64,000 bases of DNA from an uncultured Bacilli bacterium (GTDB lineage Bacteria; Bacillota_I; Bacilli_A; RF39; UBA660): assembly GCA_944332265.1 (NCBI GenBank), contig CALVJQ010000004.1:1840-65839 (forward strand). The letters are read 5' to 3'. The stretch's first letter is position 1, and every line of letters starts with the position of its first letter. Of this stretch, positions 45,923-56,583 are shown piece after piece. Under the pieces are notes generated by a model. The model had not been told where the DNA came from. It was given only the letters and a program-made list of their open reading frames with translations, and searched no databases. Made by a program: the position numbers and the translations under genes.

Positions 45923-48601
45923 ATGGTAAATAACAAAAAGAATTCGACAAGTCAAAATAGCAAAAATAAAACTAACAATCAAAAATCACGAGCACTAATT
46001 ATTAGTAAAGAAAAAAACAATAAAAAGCCAATACCAAATAAAAATATTTCAACTAACAAACCAGTTGGTATTATAAAAGACAAAGTAAAAAAGAAAAAAA
46101 ATAAAGGTAAAATACTTAATGTAGTACTAAGTTTCTTAATGTTTACAGGTATTATCATAATGATAACTATGATGTTATTCTTTGGTTATATAGTCTTAAC
46201 TGCTCCAGAATTTGATACTGATTTACTATATAATAAAGAAGCAACAATCTTTTATGATAAAAATGGTGAAGAATTTGCCCGTGTAGGTTCTGAACAAAGA
46301 GAACTTAAAACATACGAAGAACTTCCTCAAGTATTAATTGATGCCATTGTTGCTACAGAAGATTCAAGATTCTTTCAACACAATGGTTTCGACGTTGTTC
46401 GCTTCGTTAAAGCATCTCTTGGTCAATTAACTGGTCAAAGTGGTGCCGGTGGTGCATCAACATTAACAATGCAAGTCGTTAAAAACACCTTCACTTCTAA
46501 AGAATCAGAAGGTATCAAAGGTATAATTCGTAAATTTACTGATATATATATGTCTATTTTCTTAGTAGAAAAAAATTATACTAAAGAAGAAATAATGGAA
46601 TTCTACGTAAATGCTCCTTATCTAGGTGCAAGTTCATGGGGAATAGAACAAGCTTCTCAATCATACTTTGGTAAATCAGTTAGTGATTTAACACTAGCAG
46701 AAGCCTCTTTACTTGCTGGTATATTTAATGCACCAGGTTCATATGACCCATTTATTAATCCAGATTTAGCATCCCAACGTCGTTCAATAGTTCTTAATTT
46801 AATGGTTAGACATGGTTATATTACCGAAGAACAAGCTGAAGATGCTAAAGCTATTACTGTTGAATCATTACTAATCGACCAAAAGACTTCTACTATTAAT
46901 AAATACCAATCTTTTATCGATGTCGTATGTTCCGATATTATGGAAAAATATGGTAAAGATATGGATCCGTACTCAGTTCCAATGGAAATATACACAACAA
47001 TGGATCCAGATATTCAAGATGTTTTTGTTGATTTAAATAATGGTAAACTAAATTACAAATGGAAAACTTATAAATACAACGACTATCGTGATAACATCCA
47101 ATTTGGTGGTATTGTTACCGATGTTCATGACGGTTCAATTAGAGCTGTAAATGGTGGACGTAATCAAACAACACCTAAAGCTTATAATCGTGCAACTATG
47201 TTAAAAACTCAACCAGGTTCTACAGCTAAACCTATATTCGCTTACGGGCCATACATCGAATATAATAACGGAAATACTGGAACTTTATTCTTCGATAATA
47301 AAATGACATATTCCAATGGTCAAGAATTAACAAATGCTGATAAAACATATATGGGAGCAATGACAATGCGTCAAGCACTTGCTCAATCACGTAATATCCC
47401 TGCTGTTCAAGCATTCCAAGCTGTAGACAAAAATAAAATAGCTGAATTTGTCCATAATTGTGGAATCGACTATGGAGAAAACCTATATGAAGCCTATGCT
47501 ATCGGTGGTGGACTAGAAGTCAGCCCAGAAGATATGGCAGCAGCATATGGTACATTCGCTCGTAATGGATATTATATAGAACCATATTCATATACTAAAA
47601 TAATCTTCCGTGAAACAGATGAAGTTGAAGAATATAAATATGAAAAAGTTCAAGCTATGAGTGAAGAAACAGCATATATGATAACTGATATGTTAATTAC
47701 CGCTACAAAGCAAGGTGTTGGAGGAAATATAAAAGTTTCTGGAACTCAAATAGCTTCTAAAACAGGAACTTCAACTCATAGTAAATCAGGTGTTCCTGAT
47801 GGAGCATCACAGGATAACTGGGTTATTACCTACTCTCCAGACTACGTTATATCTTTCTGGTATGGAACCGATTATCTAACTAAAGACGAATATACGCTAG
47901 CTTTAAATGCCGCTCGTGAAAGAAAATTAATATCGGCACAATTAGCTAACAATATCTATAAAAAGAATTCAAAATTTAAAAAACCAAGTGGTGTTGTATC
48001 TGCTAAATATGAAAAGGAAACAAACCCTGCTGAGCTACCATCTCAATACACTCCAGCTAGTTTGATATCAACTGAGCTTTTTAAGAAGGGGACTGAGCCA
48101 AGTGAGGTATCGGATCGATTTGACCAATTACAAGATCCAACGAATGGTAGCATTGAGATTAGTAACAATCAAATCAATCTTAGCTGGGATGCAATAGCAA
48201 CACCAAATGCTATAAATGCATCTTACTTACAAAATTACTTCAGTGAAAACTACGGACAATTTGCTTCAATGTATTTAAATAAAAGAAATTCATATAACAA
48301 TTCAAATATAGGAACGATAGGATATCAAGTATATCTTCAAACTGAAACAGGACTACAATCGCTCGGATATACAACTGATACATATTACGTATATAATGCA
48401 CCAAGTAGTGGGAATTATACCTTCGTAATAAAATCTGCATATAGTATATTTAAAGCTAATATGAGCCCTGGATTAACAATAACAGGAACTATTGAAGGAG
48501 CAATCCCTGAATTGCCAGATAATCCATCAATCGATAATCCTGATGGTGAAGGTGATGAAAATGGTGATCAAACAACCGAACCACCAACACCTATAACATA
48601 A
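45923..48601 (+). CDS. ponA: bifunctional penicillin-binding protein 1A (glycosyltransferase/transpeptidase)
   Basis: GT51 motifs EDSRFFQHNGFD and GASTLTMQ. Transpeptidase motifs STAKP, SRN and KTGT. Lys/Asn-rich cytoplasmic tail, TM segment, and a C-terminal Fn3-like domain. Confidence 0.9.
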   Translation: MVNNKKNSTSQNSKNKTNNQKSRALIISKEKNNKKPIPNKNISTNKPVGIIKDKVKKKKNKGKILNVVLSFLMFTGIIIMITMMLFFGYIVLTAPEFDTDLLYNKEATIFYDKNGEEFARVGSEQRELKTYEELPQVLIDAIVATEDSRFFQHNGFDVVRFVKASLGQLTGQSGAGGASTLTMQVVKNTFTSKESEGIKGIIRKFTDIYMSIFLVEKNYTKEEIMEFYVNAPYLGASSWGIEQASQSYFGKSVSDLTLAEASLLAGIFNAPGSYDPFINPDLASQRRSIVLNLMVRHGYITEEQAEDAKAITVESLLIDQKTSTINKYQSFIDVVCSDIMEKYGKDMDPYSVPMEIYTTMDPDIQDVFVDLNNGKLNYKWKTYKYNDYRDNIQFGGIVTDVHDGSIRAVNGGRNQTTPKAYNRATMLKTQPGSTAKPIFAYGPYIEYNNGNTGTLFFDNKMTYSNGQELTNADKTYMGAMTMRQALAQSRNIPAVQAFQAVDKNKIAEFVHNCGIDYGENLYEAYAIGGGLEVSPEDMAAAYGTFARNGYYIEPYSYTKIIFRETDEVEEYKYEKVQAMSEETAYMITDMLITATKQGVGGNIKVSGTQIASKTGTSTHSKSGVPDGASQDNWVITYSPDYVISFWYGTDYLTKDEYTLALNAARERKLISAQLANNIYKKNSKFKKPSGVVSAKYEKETNPAELPSQYTPASLISTELFKKGTEPSEVSDRFDQLQDPTNGSIEISNNQINLSWDAIATPNAINASYLQNYFSENYGQFASMYLNKRNSYNNSNIGTIGYQVYLQTETGLQSLGYTTDTYYVYNAPSSGNYTFVIKSAYSIFKANMSPGLTITGTIEGAIPELPDNPSIDNPDGEGDENGDQTTEPPTPIT

Positions 48602-48628
48602 AAAGCCAATATATTTGGCTTTTTTTTT
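48601..48628 (+). terminator. rho-independent terminator after ponA
   Basis: Stem aaagccaa / ttggcttt with loop tatat, followed by a T-run. Confidence 0.65.
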
Positions 48629-48630
48629 AC

Positions 48631-48659
48631 AAAAAATAAATGCAGATACCTCTGCATTT
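48631..48659 (-). terminator. rho-independent terminator after the 115-aa gene
   Basis: Stem aaatgcaga / tctgcattt with loop tacc, and a T-rich trail on the minus strand. Confidence 0.55.
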
Positions 48660-49005
48660 ATTTTAAACTTACATTATTTCTAACCTTTACAATTGGTATA
48701 ATTATTAGCAATAACGTCATAATAGAAATCAAAATAACAATAAATAATTTTATAAAATCAGAAGTCTCAGGATTATCTCCTATATATTCATCTAAAACAT
48801 ATATACTTCCATTATTTAGCGGTTTTACAACACTTAAATCGAATCCATCTGGATAGTATTCTTCTCCAAAATCTTCCTTATATTTATAAATATAAGAATG
48901 CTCTTTATTAATTCTATACCCAACAGGAGCTTTAACTTCTCTCAAACGATATAAATAATTTACATACATTATTTTATTACTATTACGACCATCTTCACCA
49001 ATCAA
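48658..49005 (-). CDS. short Cna-B-like C-terminal fragment with NPETSD + TM + basic tail (possible gene remnant)
   Basis: LREVKAPVGYRI resembles the Cna-B-type motif (E.kAP.GY). GDNPETSD (nt 48757..48774) is followed by a TM segment and KVRNN. There is no signal peptide. TTG start with AAGGAAG upstream. Confidence 0.4.
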   Translation of the reverse strand: MIGEDGRNSNKIMYVNYLYRLREVKAPVGYRINKEHSYIYKYKEDFGEEYYPDGFDLSVVKPLNNGSIYVLDEYIGDNPETSDFIKLFIVILISIMTLLLIIIPIVKVRNNVSLK

Positions 49006-49055
49006 TACACTTCCTTACTATTGTAAATATAAAACGTTTTTAAACAAAAAAAAGA

Positions 49056-49682
49056 CTAAATCTTTTTCTTATCCTTGCTACTACAATCATCATAAAATTT
49101 ACATTCTTCGCACAAAGGACTTCGTGCTTTACAGATATATCTACCAAATAAAACTAATTGATGATGACTCCTACTCCATAAATTTTCTGGAATCATCTTC
49201 ATCAATTTTTTCTCTACTCCTAATACCGAATCTTTACTCCTAGCTATTTTAAGTCTCTTACTAACTCTCTCTACATGAGTATCTACCGCAATAGTAGGAA
49301 CATTAAATAAATTAGATAAAACAACATTAGCCGTTTTTCTTCCTACTCCAGGTAAGCTTTCTAAATAAGCTCTATCATTAGGAACAACACCATTATAATT
49401 AGTAATTAAAGATTGAGCTATCTTAATAATATAATCAGCTTTCTTAGTATAAGAACCACAACTACGAATTATTTTTTCAATCTCCTTTTTTGAAGCTTTA
49501 GCTAAACCATAAATATCATAATGACTAAATAAAACTCTAGTTACCTCATTAACCCTTTTATCAGTACATTGTGCTGATAAAACAGTCGCAATTACTAATT
49601 CATAATCCCGATTATAATTTAATTCACATCTAGCATCAGGAAACATTAAATCTAATTTTTCATTAAAATTATTTATTTTCAT
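49056..49682 (-). CDS. nth: endonuclease III
   Basis: HhH-GPD motif (LPGVGRKTANVV..DTHV) and 4Fe-4S cluster CKARSPLCEECKFYDDC. The ATG overlaps the dnaD stop (TAATG). The track ORF extends to 49697. Confidence 0.9.
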   Translation of the reverse strand: MKINNFNEKLDLMFPDARCELNYNRDYELVIATVLSAQCTDKRVNEVTRVLFSHYDIYGLAKASKKEIEKIIRSCGSYTKKADYIIKIAQSLITNYNGVVPNDRAYLESLPGVGRKTANVVLSNLFNVPTIAVDTHVERVSKRLKIARSKDSVLGVEKKLMKMIPENLWSRSHHQLVLFGRYICKARSPLCEECKFYDDCSSKDKKKI

Positions 49683-50341
49683 TATCCATCCAACCAATCA
49701 TAATCTGATATTTCTTGTTCCTTTTTAGATACAACTTTATCCTTACTTTTTTCATTATAACGATTCTTTATATAAGAATTAACCTCATCCATCGTTTTAA
49801 ACCCTTTTTTCTCCCATTCATAAATAATTTTATCAATATACCTAAAATTACTTACACCGTTATAAACAGCTTCCCTTAAAGCTCCTAAGATTAATTCCTC
49901 AGACGTTCCACTAATTAACCAACCATTAATAAGTTCTAATTCCATCGGTGACATTGTTCTTCCTAATTCCTTCTCAAATGTTCTAAAAATATCTTCTTTT
50001 ACTATAGACTTACTCTCTTCAATAGAACTATCCATAATCAACCTATAAGTTCCATCCAATTTAACTACTTCATTAAGACGATTTTCTATATCCTTAACAC
50101 TTTCTAAACTTACTAATCCTTTAACCATTAAACTATTAAAAGCTTCCATCGCCTTATTAACATCTAATCCCAACACCTTACTAACTAATTCAATATCAAA
50201 ATTATTATTAAAACTATTATCAAAATATATTAAAACTAAAAATTCATCTAAAGACAAATTACTATTAATTGCAACTTTAATAATTTCACCACTAACTACT
50301 AATTTCTTAGCAGTTAACAACTTCATAACCTGGTCTTTCAT
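49682..50341 (-). CDS. dnaD: DnaD-domain replication initiation protein
   Basis: The C-terminal DnaB_2/DnaD domain shows SPMELELINGWL...ELILGALREAV...NFRYIDKIIYEWEKKG. The conserved dnaD-nth adjacency is present. Confidence 0.75.
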   Translation of the reverse strand: MKDQVMKLLTAKKLVVSGEIIKVAINSNLSLDEFLVLIYFDNSFNNNFDIELVSKVLGLDVNKAMEAFNSLMVKGLVSLESVKDIENRLNEVVKLDGTYRLIMDSSIEESKSIVKEDIFRTFEKELGRTMSPMELELINGWLISGTSEELILGALREAVYNGVSNFRYIDKIIYEWEKKGFKTMDEVNSYIKNRYNEKSKDKVVSKKEQEISDYDWLDG

Positions 50342-51434
50342 TCAACCACTTCCTTTTATTATCTACTAAATATTTTCTAATAGAATTATTATCATTATCC
50401 AATTTCTTTTTTAATATTAACTCTTTTAAATCATCATAAACAATATGAATTATCTTACTAGGTTTAATATTTAGTATTAAACATATTTCATCAGAAGTAA
50501 CAGCAATATCCTTAATTCTTTTAATTGGTAAATTTTTCTCCAAATTAGTAATATATTCCCTTTCTACTCCCATAATACTACCTGCTACTAATGAAGCATA
50601 TAACCCATATGTAAAAACAATATTTTCATCTATAATACCATAATCTAAGATATTTTTTACAATTTTTATATTATCTTTTTCTTCTTTAGAAAAAGGAAAT
50701 TCTTTTTTTAAGATTAACTGACTATACATTCCACAAATATCACTAACATAGACTAAATTATCATTAAAATCTATTCCAACAAATTCTAAGAATCCTAAAT
50801 CTCTCATCATCTTAAGACCATTTAAAGCATTCTTACTAGTTAAAATTTTATTTAACTCTTCTTTTATTCTCTCTCTAGATAATTGATCAATTAATTTTCG
50901 ATTTCTTTTTAATTCTCTATACAAATTATTTTCAATTCTAAAATTTAATGTTGTTGCAAATCTTACTGCTCTAAGCATTCTAAGAGGATCTTCATTTAGA
51001 CGATCATTAATATTCCCAACACATCTAATTACTTTATTTGCTATATCTTCTCGACCATTTAAGACATCAATAATATTTCCTTTCTTATTCATACATAAAG
51101 TATTCATTGTAAAATCACGACGATTTATATCATCTAGCAAATTATCAACATATTCTATTTCTACACGACGTCGACTTCCATTATATTTAAGGTCTCTTCG
51201 ATAAGTCGTAATATCTATTCTTGAATCATTACTAATTAATTTAACAGCTCCATATTCATTACTAGAAACATTATATTCACTAAAAATATCTAATAGTTCC
51301 TTAACTCTCGCATTAGTACATATATCGACATCTCCAGAATTAATTCCTAATAAATAATCTCTAACATACCCTCCAACAATATAAGCTTCAAAACCATTTT
51401 CTTCTATTTTTTCTAAAACATTAAATGCATTCAT
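50307..51434 (-). CDS. cca: CCA-adding enzyme / tRNA nucleotidyltransferase
   Basis: Pol-beta head motif GGYVRDYLLGINSGDVDI plus RRDFTMN and DPLRMLRAVRF. Confidence 0.8.
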   Translation of the reverse strand: MNAFNVLEKIEENGFEAYIVGGYVRDYLLGINSGDVDICTNARVKELLDIFSEYNVSSNEYGAVKLISNDSRIDITTYRRDLKYNGSRRRVEIEYVDNLLDDINRRDFTMNTLCMNKKGNIIDVLNGREDIANKVIRCVGNINDRLNEDPLRMLRAVRFATTLNFRIENNLYRELKRNRKLIDQLSRERIKEELNKILTSKNALNGLKMMRDLGFLEFVGIDFNDNLVYVSDICGMYSQLILKKEFPFSKEEKDNIKIVKNILDYGIIDENIVFTYGLYASLVAGSIMGVEREYITNLEKNLPIKRIKDIAVTSDEICLILNIKPSKIIHIVYDDLKELILKKKLDNDNNSIRKYLVDNKRKWLNERPGYEVVNC

Positions 51435-51528
51435 TAATCGATTCTCCTCAATACAATTATACCATACATAAAGACTTCATTTAATTAATAACATCTCTAC
51501 TAGACACTAAAAAAGATAAGACCAAGCC

Positions 51529-52167
51529 TTATCTTAAACTATTTATTTTATCTTCATAATTATCACTTAATACGACATAAGAACCTGATACTACCATATC
51601 AGCCCCAGAATCTTTACATAATTTAGCTGTTTCCTCATTAATTCCACCATCTACTGATATTATATAATGATAATTATTTTCTTCTCTAATATCTTTTAAA
51701 GTTTCAATTTTATATAAAATTTCTTCCATAAACTTTTGACCACCTTTACCAGGTTTAACACTCATTACCAAAACCTGATCTATATGATTAAGTAATGGAA
51801 CTATATGGCTAACTTTCGTTTCTGGATTTATAGCAATTCCAACTTTCATATTAGTATGTCTAATCATATTAATAACATCTATTGGTCGACGATGAGATTC
51901 ATAATGTAAAGTCAAATAAGTAACATTTTTTAATTTTGTAAAATCCTTAACATATTTATTAGGTGAACAAACCATCATATGAACATCCAATGGTTTAGTT
52001 GTATCTTTAAATATTTTTTTTAAATCAGAAACAGAATAATTCGCATCCCCAGCAAACACTCCATCCATCATATCGACATGAATATAATCTGCACTAGATT
52101 CATCAATTTTCTTTATAGTTTCTTCTAAACTATCATTTCTTGTTAAAAAAGATACTCCTACTTTCAT
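51529..52167 (-). CDS. rpe: ribulose-phosphate 3-epimerase
   Basis: HVDMMDG, DVHMM, MSVKPGKGGQKF and VDGGI motifs. Length is 212 aa. Confidence 0.85.
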   Translation of the reverse strand: MKVGVSFLTRNDSLEETIKKIDESSADYIHVDMMDGVFAGDANYSVSDLKKIFKDTTKPLDVHMMVCSPNKYVKDFTKLKNVTYLTLHYESHRRPIDVINMIRHTNMKVGIAINPETKVSHIVPLLNHIDQVLVMSVKPGKGGQKFMEEILYKIETLKDIREENNYHYIISVDGGINEETAKLCKDSGADMVVSGSYVVLSDNYEDKINSLR

Positions 52168-52997
52168 TTCCGAATTTCCTCCAAAAATAATAAATAATCA
52201 TTATATCTAGATTGTAATATCATTTTATTTTCTAAAGCCTTTTTTACACCACAATCATTTTCTTTATTATGCATACAATCTCTAAACTTACATTCATAAT
52301 TATTAAATTCTAAGAATGTATCTCTAAGTTGTTCTCTAGACATTTCACTTATATCTAAAGCTGAGAAACCAGGAGTATCAGCAATATAACCATCAGCAAT
52401 AGGATATAACTCAACATGTCTTGTTGTATGTTTTCCCCTACCTAAAGCTTCACTAATTTCATCAGTTTTAACATTTAATTTATCATCCAATTTATTTAAT
52501 AAACTACTTTTTCCAGCTCCAGTTTGACCAGCTAAAACAACTATTTTATTTTTTATTAATTTCTTTATATCATTTGTTTCTGTATTATATAAAACATTTA
52601 TTCCAATCATCTCATAATAGCGACGTAGTGATTCAATCATTTCTAATTCTGCTTCATTTAATAAATCCAATTTCGTAAAACATATTACTGGTTCAATATC
52701 ATTAAATATTATAATACTCAATAACTTATCCAATAAATTCAAATCTAAATTTGGTTTTTTAGTACTAGTTACAATTATTGCCATATCAACATTTGCAATA
52801 ACCGGTCTCTTTAATTCATTTCGACGAGGTAAAATATCATTAATCACATTATTATCAATGTCAATAATTACATTATCACCAACAATTGGTGTTATTTTAT
52901 TTTTACGGAAAATACCACGAGCACGACATCCATATAACTGATCATCTATTTTTACAGTATATAAATTACTAATTACACGTACAATTTGCCCATTCAT
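52164..52997 (-). CDS. rsgA: ribosome small subunit-dependent GTPase A
   Basis: OB domain and circularly permuted GTPase (TKLDL ... GQTGAGKSSLLN). C-terminal Zn-binding CKFRDCMH..C. Confidence 0.85.
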   Translation of the reverse strand: MNGQIVRVISNLYTVKIDDQLYGCRARGIFRKNKITPIVGDNVIIDIDNNVINDILPRRNELKRPVIANVDMAIIVTSTKKPNLDLNLLDKLLSIIIFNDIEPVICFTKLDLLNEAELEMIESLRRYYEMIGINVLYNTETNDIKKLIKNKIVVLAGQTGAGKSSLLNKLDDKLNVKTDEISEALGRGKHTTRHVELYPIADGYIADTPGFSALDISEMSREQLRDTFLEFNNYECKFRDCMHNKENDCGVKKALENKMILQSRYNDYLLFLEEIRK

Positions 52998-54737
52998 CTA
53001 ACAAAGTCCATTACAATCATCGTCAACCACTTCTTCAGTTTCTTCAGGAGCGGATGCTACTGTTATCATAAATACTGTTCCATTAGTAATTGTATATCCT
53101 TCTGGTCTACTTTGTTTAAGAATTGTTCCTTCATCATAACTTGAATTTTCTTCATGTTTTATTTCTAAAGATATATTATATTTTTCACAGAATTTTTGAA
53201 CATCTTCTACAGTATAAGATCCATCAGTAAAATCAGGATACTTAGCAGCTACATTTGGAATATATAAAGTAATACTATCTCTTGCTCCTAACTTAGAACC
53301 AGGTTCAATATCTTGCTCAATAATTTCTCCATCATCATAATCTTCTGGATCTTTAACATCTTTCTTTTCAACATAAACTAAAATATTATGTGCTTCTAAT
53401 GCTCCTTTTACCTCTAAATAATTCTTTCCTGTATAATCTTCTATTTCGTATTTAGCATCTCCAGTTGAAACATAAATTGTTACAACAGTTCCTTCTGTTC
53501 TTTTAGCACCACTAGGTGGATTAGTTTTTACTACTTTTCCTTCTGGAACTTTATCATCGCTAATATCTACAGTTTTATCAGCAACTTCAAATCCCATATC
53601 CTGCAACTCTTTTACAACAGCACTTACCTCTTTACCAGACACTTCAGGTATAGTAATATCTTCACTATTTAAAACAGATGGTAAAAATAACATAAATGCT
53701 GCTACTATAACAATTAGTCCAACAAAAATAGCTGCTAAAATAACTAATATTTTATTTTCCTTTTTCAGTTCTGAATCACTAACTTTCTTAACTTCAATTT
53801 GTTCCTCATCATCATTTTCTACACTTATTGCTTTTTCAACTTGTTTCGTAAATTTCTTATTATCACTATCTAATTCTGGATATTGATACTCATAACGAGG
53901 TTCATTCAAACGCGATTCATCTAAACAAGTTTTTAAATCCTCATACATTTCTCGTGCATCATTATACCTATTCTTAGGATTCTTTGCTGCACTTTTTAAA
54001 ATAATATTTTCTACACTTTGTGGTAAATCAGGTAATTCATCTCTAATACTAGGTAAAGGCTCTTTTAAATGCTTCAAGGCAATCTCTACCGCATTATCTC
54101 CACGATATGGTAATTTTCCTGTTAACAATTCATACATCAAAATACCCATAGAATAAATATCACTTTTTAATGTTGAACCTTTACCACTAGCTTGTTCAGG
54201 TGGCAAATAATGAACACTACCCATAACTGAATTTGTTTGCGTAAGTTGCGTAGCATTCATTGCCATTGCTATACCAAAATCAGTTATTTTTACTAAACCA
54301 TTCTCCAAAATCATAATATTTTGTGGTTTAATATCACGATGAATAATATAAGAATCATGCGCAACAGACAATCCATCAGCAATCTGACTCATTATATCAA
54401 CAACTTCTGAGGTAGTTAATTTCCCACGCTTTTTTAACAAATCCTTTAAATTTTTTCCTTCAATATATTCCATAACAATGAAATATTGCCCATTATCGTC
54501 CCCAACATCATAAACTTCAACAATATTAGGATGACTCAAACTACTAGCATTCAAAGCTTCTCTTTGAAATCTTCTAACAAACTTTTCATCGTTAGATAAA
54601 TCTCCACGTAACACTTTTACTGCTACATCACGATCAAGTATAGTATCATAAGCTAAATAAACATTAGCCATTCCACCTTCACCAATTGATTTTATTATTT
54701 GGTAACGATCATTTATCTTTTGTCCTTTCATTATCAT
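52998..54737 (-). CDS. prkC: Ser/Thr protein kinase PrkC with PASTA repeats
   Basis: Hanks kinase motifs GEGGMANVY, HRDIKPQN and DFGIA. TM segment, then three PASTA-like repeats. ATGA overlap with prpC. Confidence 0.9.
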   Translation of the reverse strand: MIMKGQKINDRYQIIKSIGEGGMANVYLAYDTILDRDVAVKVLRGDLSNDEKFVRRFQREALNASSLSHPNIVEVYDVGDDNGQYFIVMEYIEGKNLKDLLKKRGKLTTSEVVDIMSQIADGLSVAHDSYIIHRDIKPQNIMILENGLVKITDFGIAMAMNATQLTQTNSVMGSVHYLPPEQASGKGSTLKSDIYSMGILMYELLTGKLPYRGDNAVEIALKHLKEPLPSIRDELPDLPQSVENIILKSAAKNPKNRYNDAREMYEDLKTCLDESRLNEPRYEYQYPELDSDNKKFTKQVEKAISVENDDEEQIEVKKVSDSELKKENKILVILAAIFVGLIVIVAAFMLFLPSVLNSEDITIPEVSGKEVSAVVKELQDMGFEVADKTVDISDDKVPEGKVVKTNPPSGAKRTEGTVVTIYVSTGDAKYEIEDYTGKNYLEVKGALEAHNILVYVEKKDVKDPEDYDDGEIIEQDIEPGSKLGARDSITLYIPNVAAKYPDFTDGSYTVEDVQKFCEKYNISLEIKHEENSSYDEGTILKQSRPEGYTITNGTVFMITVASAPEETEEVVDDDCNGLC

Positions 54738-55483
54738 AAATCTTCACCACTTTCAAGACTTAAATAAGCAATTGAAATATTATCAGTTCCACCTCGTGCA
54801 TTACTCTTTCTAATAAGTTTAATAACTTGTTCTTCAATTTCCAATTCTTTATCATTTAAAACTTTCTCAATTTGTTCTTTTGTTAACATCGATGTTAATC
54901 CATCACTACAAAGCAATATCCCATCTACATCCATATCCATAACATCAAAAACATCTAAATCAGCTTTATCACTACTTCCTAAAGCTTTCATTAACACATT
55001 TCTCTTAGGATGATATTTAGCTTCCTCTTCTGTTAAATCACCAGCTGCTACTAATAAATTTACCAAAGTATGATCATTAGTTACTTTAGTTAATTTACCT
55101 TTTTTAAATACAAAGCCAGAAGAATCTCCAATATTTCCAAATAATAAATAAGAATCAGTTAATAAAGCCATCACAGTTGTTGTTCCCATTCCCATAGCTT
55201 CAGGATGTTCTTTTGTATAATCAAGAATTTCTTGATTAATCTGACTTATATTATCTTTCATCCAGTTTATAGCTTCTAACTTAGTACCTACTGTACTTCT
55301 TTCGGAAAATTTCTTTCCCATATGATTAACAGAAATAGAACTTGCTACTTCACCAGCTCTATGTCCCCCCATACCATCAGCTACAATAAGTAAATATTCA
55401 TTATTAGCATTCTTTAAAATTGTAACAGAATCTTCATTATGATCTCTAACTTTACCTGAATCTGTTAAATAAAATGATCTCAT
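54734..55483 (-). CDS. prpC: PP2C-family Ser/Thr phosphatase
   Basis: RDHNEDS, ADGMGGH, LCSDGL and GGTDNIS motifs. Confidence 0.9.
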   Translation of the reverse strand: MRSFYLTDSGKVRDHNEDSVTILKNANNEYLLIVADGMGGHRAGEVASSISVNHMGKKFSERSTVGTKLEAINWMKDNISQINQEILDYTKEHPEAMGMGTTTVMALLTDSYLLFGNIGDSSGFVFKKGKLTKVTNDHTLVNLLVAAGDLTEEEAKYHPKRNVLMKALGSSDKADLDVFDVMDMDVDGILLCSDGLTSMLTKEQIEKVLNDKELEIEEQVIKLIRKSNARGGTDNISIAYLSLESGEDL

Positions 55484-56502
55484 GCTTTCACCTCTTTACT
55501 TCTAAGTTGCCCACAAGCTGCATCAATATTACTACCAAACTCTCTTCTTATTGTAACATTTATTCCTTTTTTCTTTAATATATCATAAAACTTTAATATT
55601 CTATCTTTACTAGATCTTTTAAATTCTATATGATTAGTTTCATTATAAGGAATTAAATTAACGTACACATTTAACCCTTTTAATAAAGCTGCTAACTCCA
55701 AAGCCTGTGTATCATTATCATTAACATTATTTAACATTACATATTCTATTGTAACACGTCTATTTGTTTTTTGGATATACTCTTTAATAGTATCCATTAA
55801 ATCATTTAATTTATACGCCTTATTAATTGGCATTATTTTATCACGTAATTGAGAATTTGGTGCATGTAATGATACTGCTAAATTAATTTGTAAAGCTTCA
55901 TTTATCAAATCCTTCATTTTAGGAATTATTCCACAAGTTGACAAAGTAATATGTCTCGCACCAATTGCTAAACCTTTAGCATCGTTAATAATCTTTATAA
56001 AATCCAAAACATTATCATAGTTATCAAGTGGCTCTCCAATTCCCATAATAACAACACTTGAAATACGTTTTTTTATATCATCTTCAATTAACAAAATCTG
56101 TTGAACCATCTCATAACTATCTAAATTTCTTACTTTTTTTAATCTCCCCGATTCACAAAAAGCACATCCCATATTACATCCAACTTCACTACTAACACAA
56201 ACTGATAAACCATAATCATGTTGCATTAAAACAGCTTCAACAAAATTTCCATCAAATAACTTAAACAAATATTTCTTCGTTTCTTTATCTTCTTGTTTCT
56301 TTTGAATTTTAATCATTCTAAAAGAAAAATCCTTATCTAGCTTATCTTGTAAATCTTTCTTTATATTAGTCATACTAAAAAAAGAAGAGACTTTTTTTTC
56401 ATAAAGCCATTCAAACACTTGTAAGGCTTTAAACTTTTTCTCATTTATATCTAAAAAATAATTTTCTAAATCTTCTCTTTTAATACCATATATATTCATC
56501 AT
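55480..56502 (-). CDS. rlmN: 23S rRNA (adenine2503-C2)-methyltransferase, radical SAM
   Basis: CNMGCAFCESG radical-SAM cluster and C-terminal DAACGQL. ATG (MMNIYG) follows AGGTG; the track ORF extends to 56535. Confidence 0.9.
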   Translation of the reverse strand: MMNIYGIKREDLENYFLDINEKKFKALQVFEWLYEKKVSSFFSMTNIKKDLQDKLDKDFSFRMIKIQKKQEDKETKKYLFKLFDGNFVEAVLMQHDYGLSVCVSSEVGCNMGCAFCESGRLKKVRNLDSYEMVQQILLIEDDIKKRISSVVIMGIGEPLDNYDNVLDFIKIINDAKGLAIGARHITLSTCGIIPKMKDLINEALQINLAVSLHAPNSQLRDKIMPINKAYKLNDLMDTIKEYIQKTNRRVTIEYVMLNNVNDNDTQALELAALLKGLNVYVNLIPYNETNHIEFKRSSKDRILKFYDILKKKGINVTIRREFGSNIDAACGQLRSKEVKA

Positions 56503-56583
56503 ATTTACACCTATTATAATTATATCATAAATCAAATAAAAATAACGAAAAAAAACAATTAAGTACCTTAATTGTCCTTTTAT

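Noticed and set aside
45923-46150. Long Lys/Asn-rich N-terminal tail of PBP1A, considered as a separate gene or a frameshift
   Set aside because: It is continuous in frame with the TM anchor and GT51 domain. Basic low-complexity cytoplasmic tails are common in class A PBPs of AT-rich Firmicutes.
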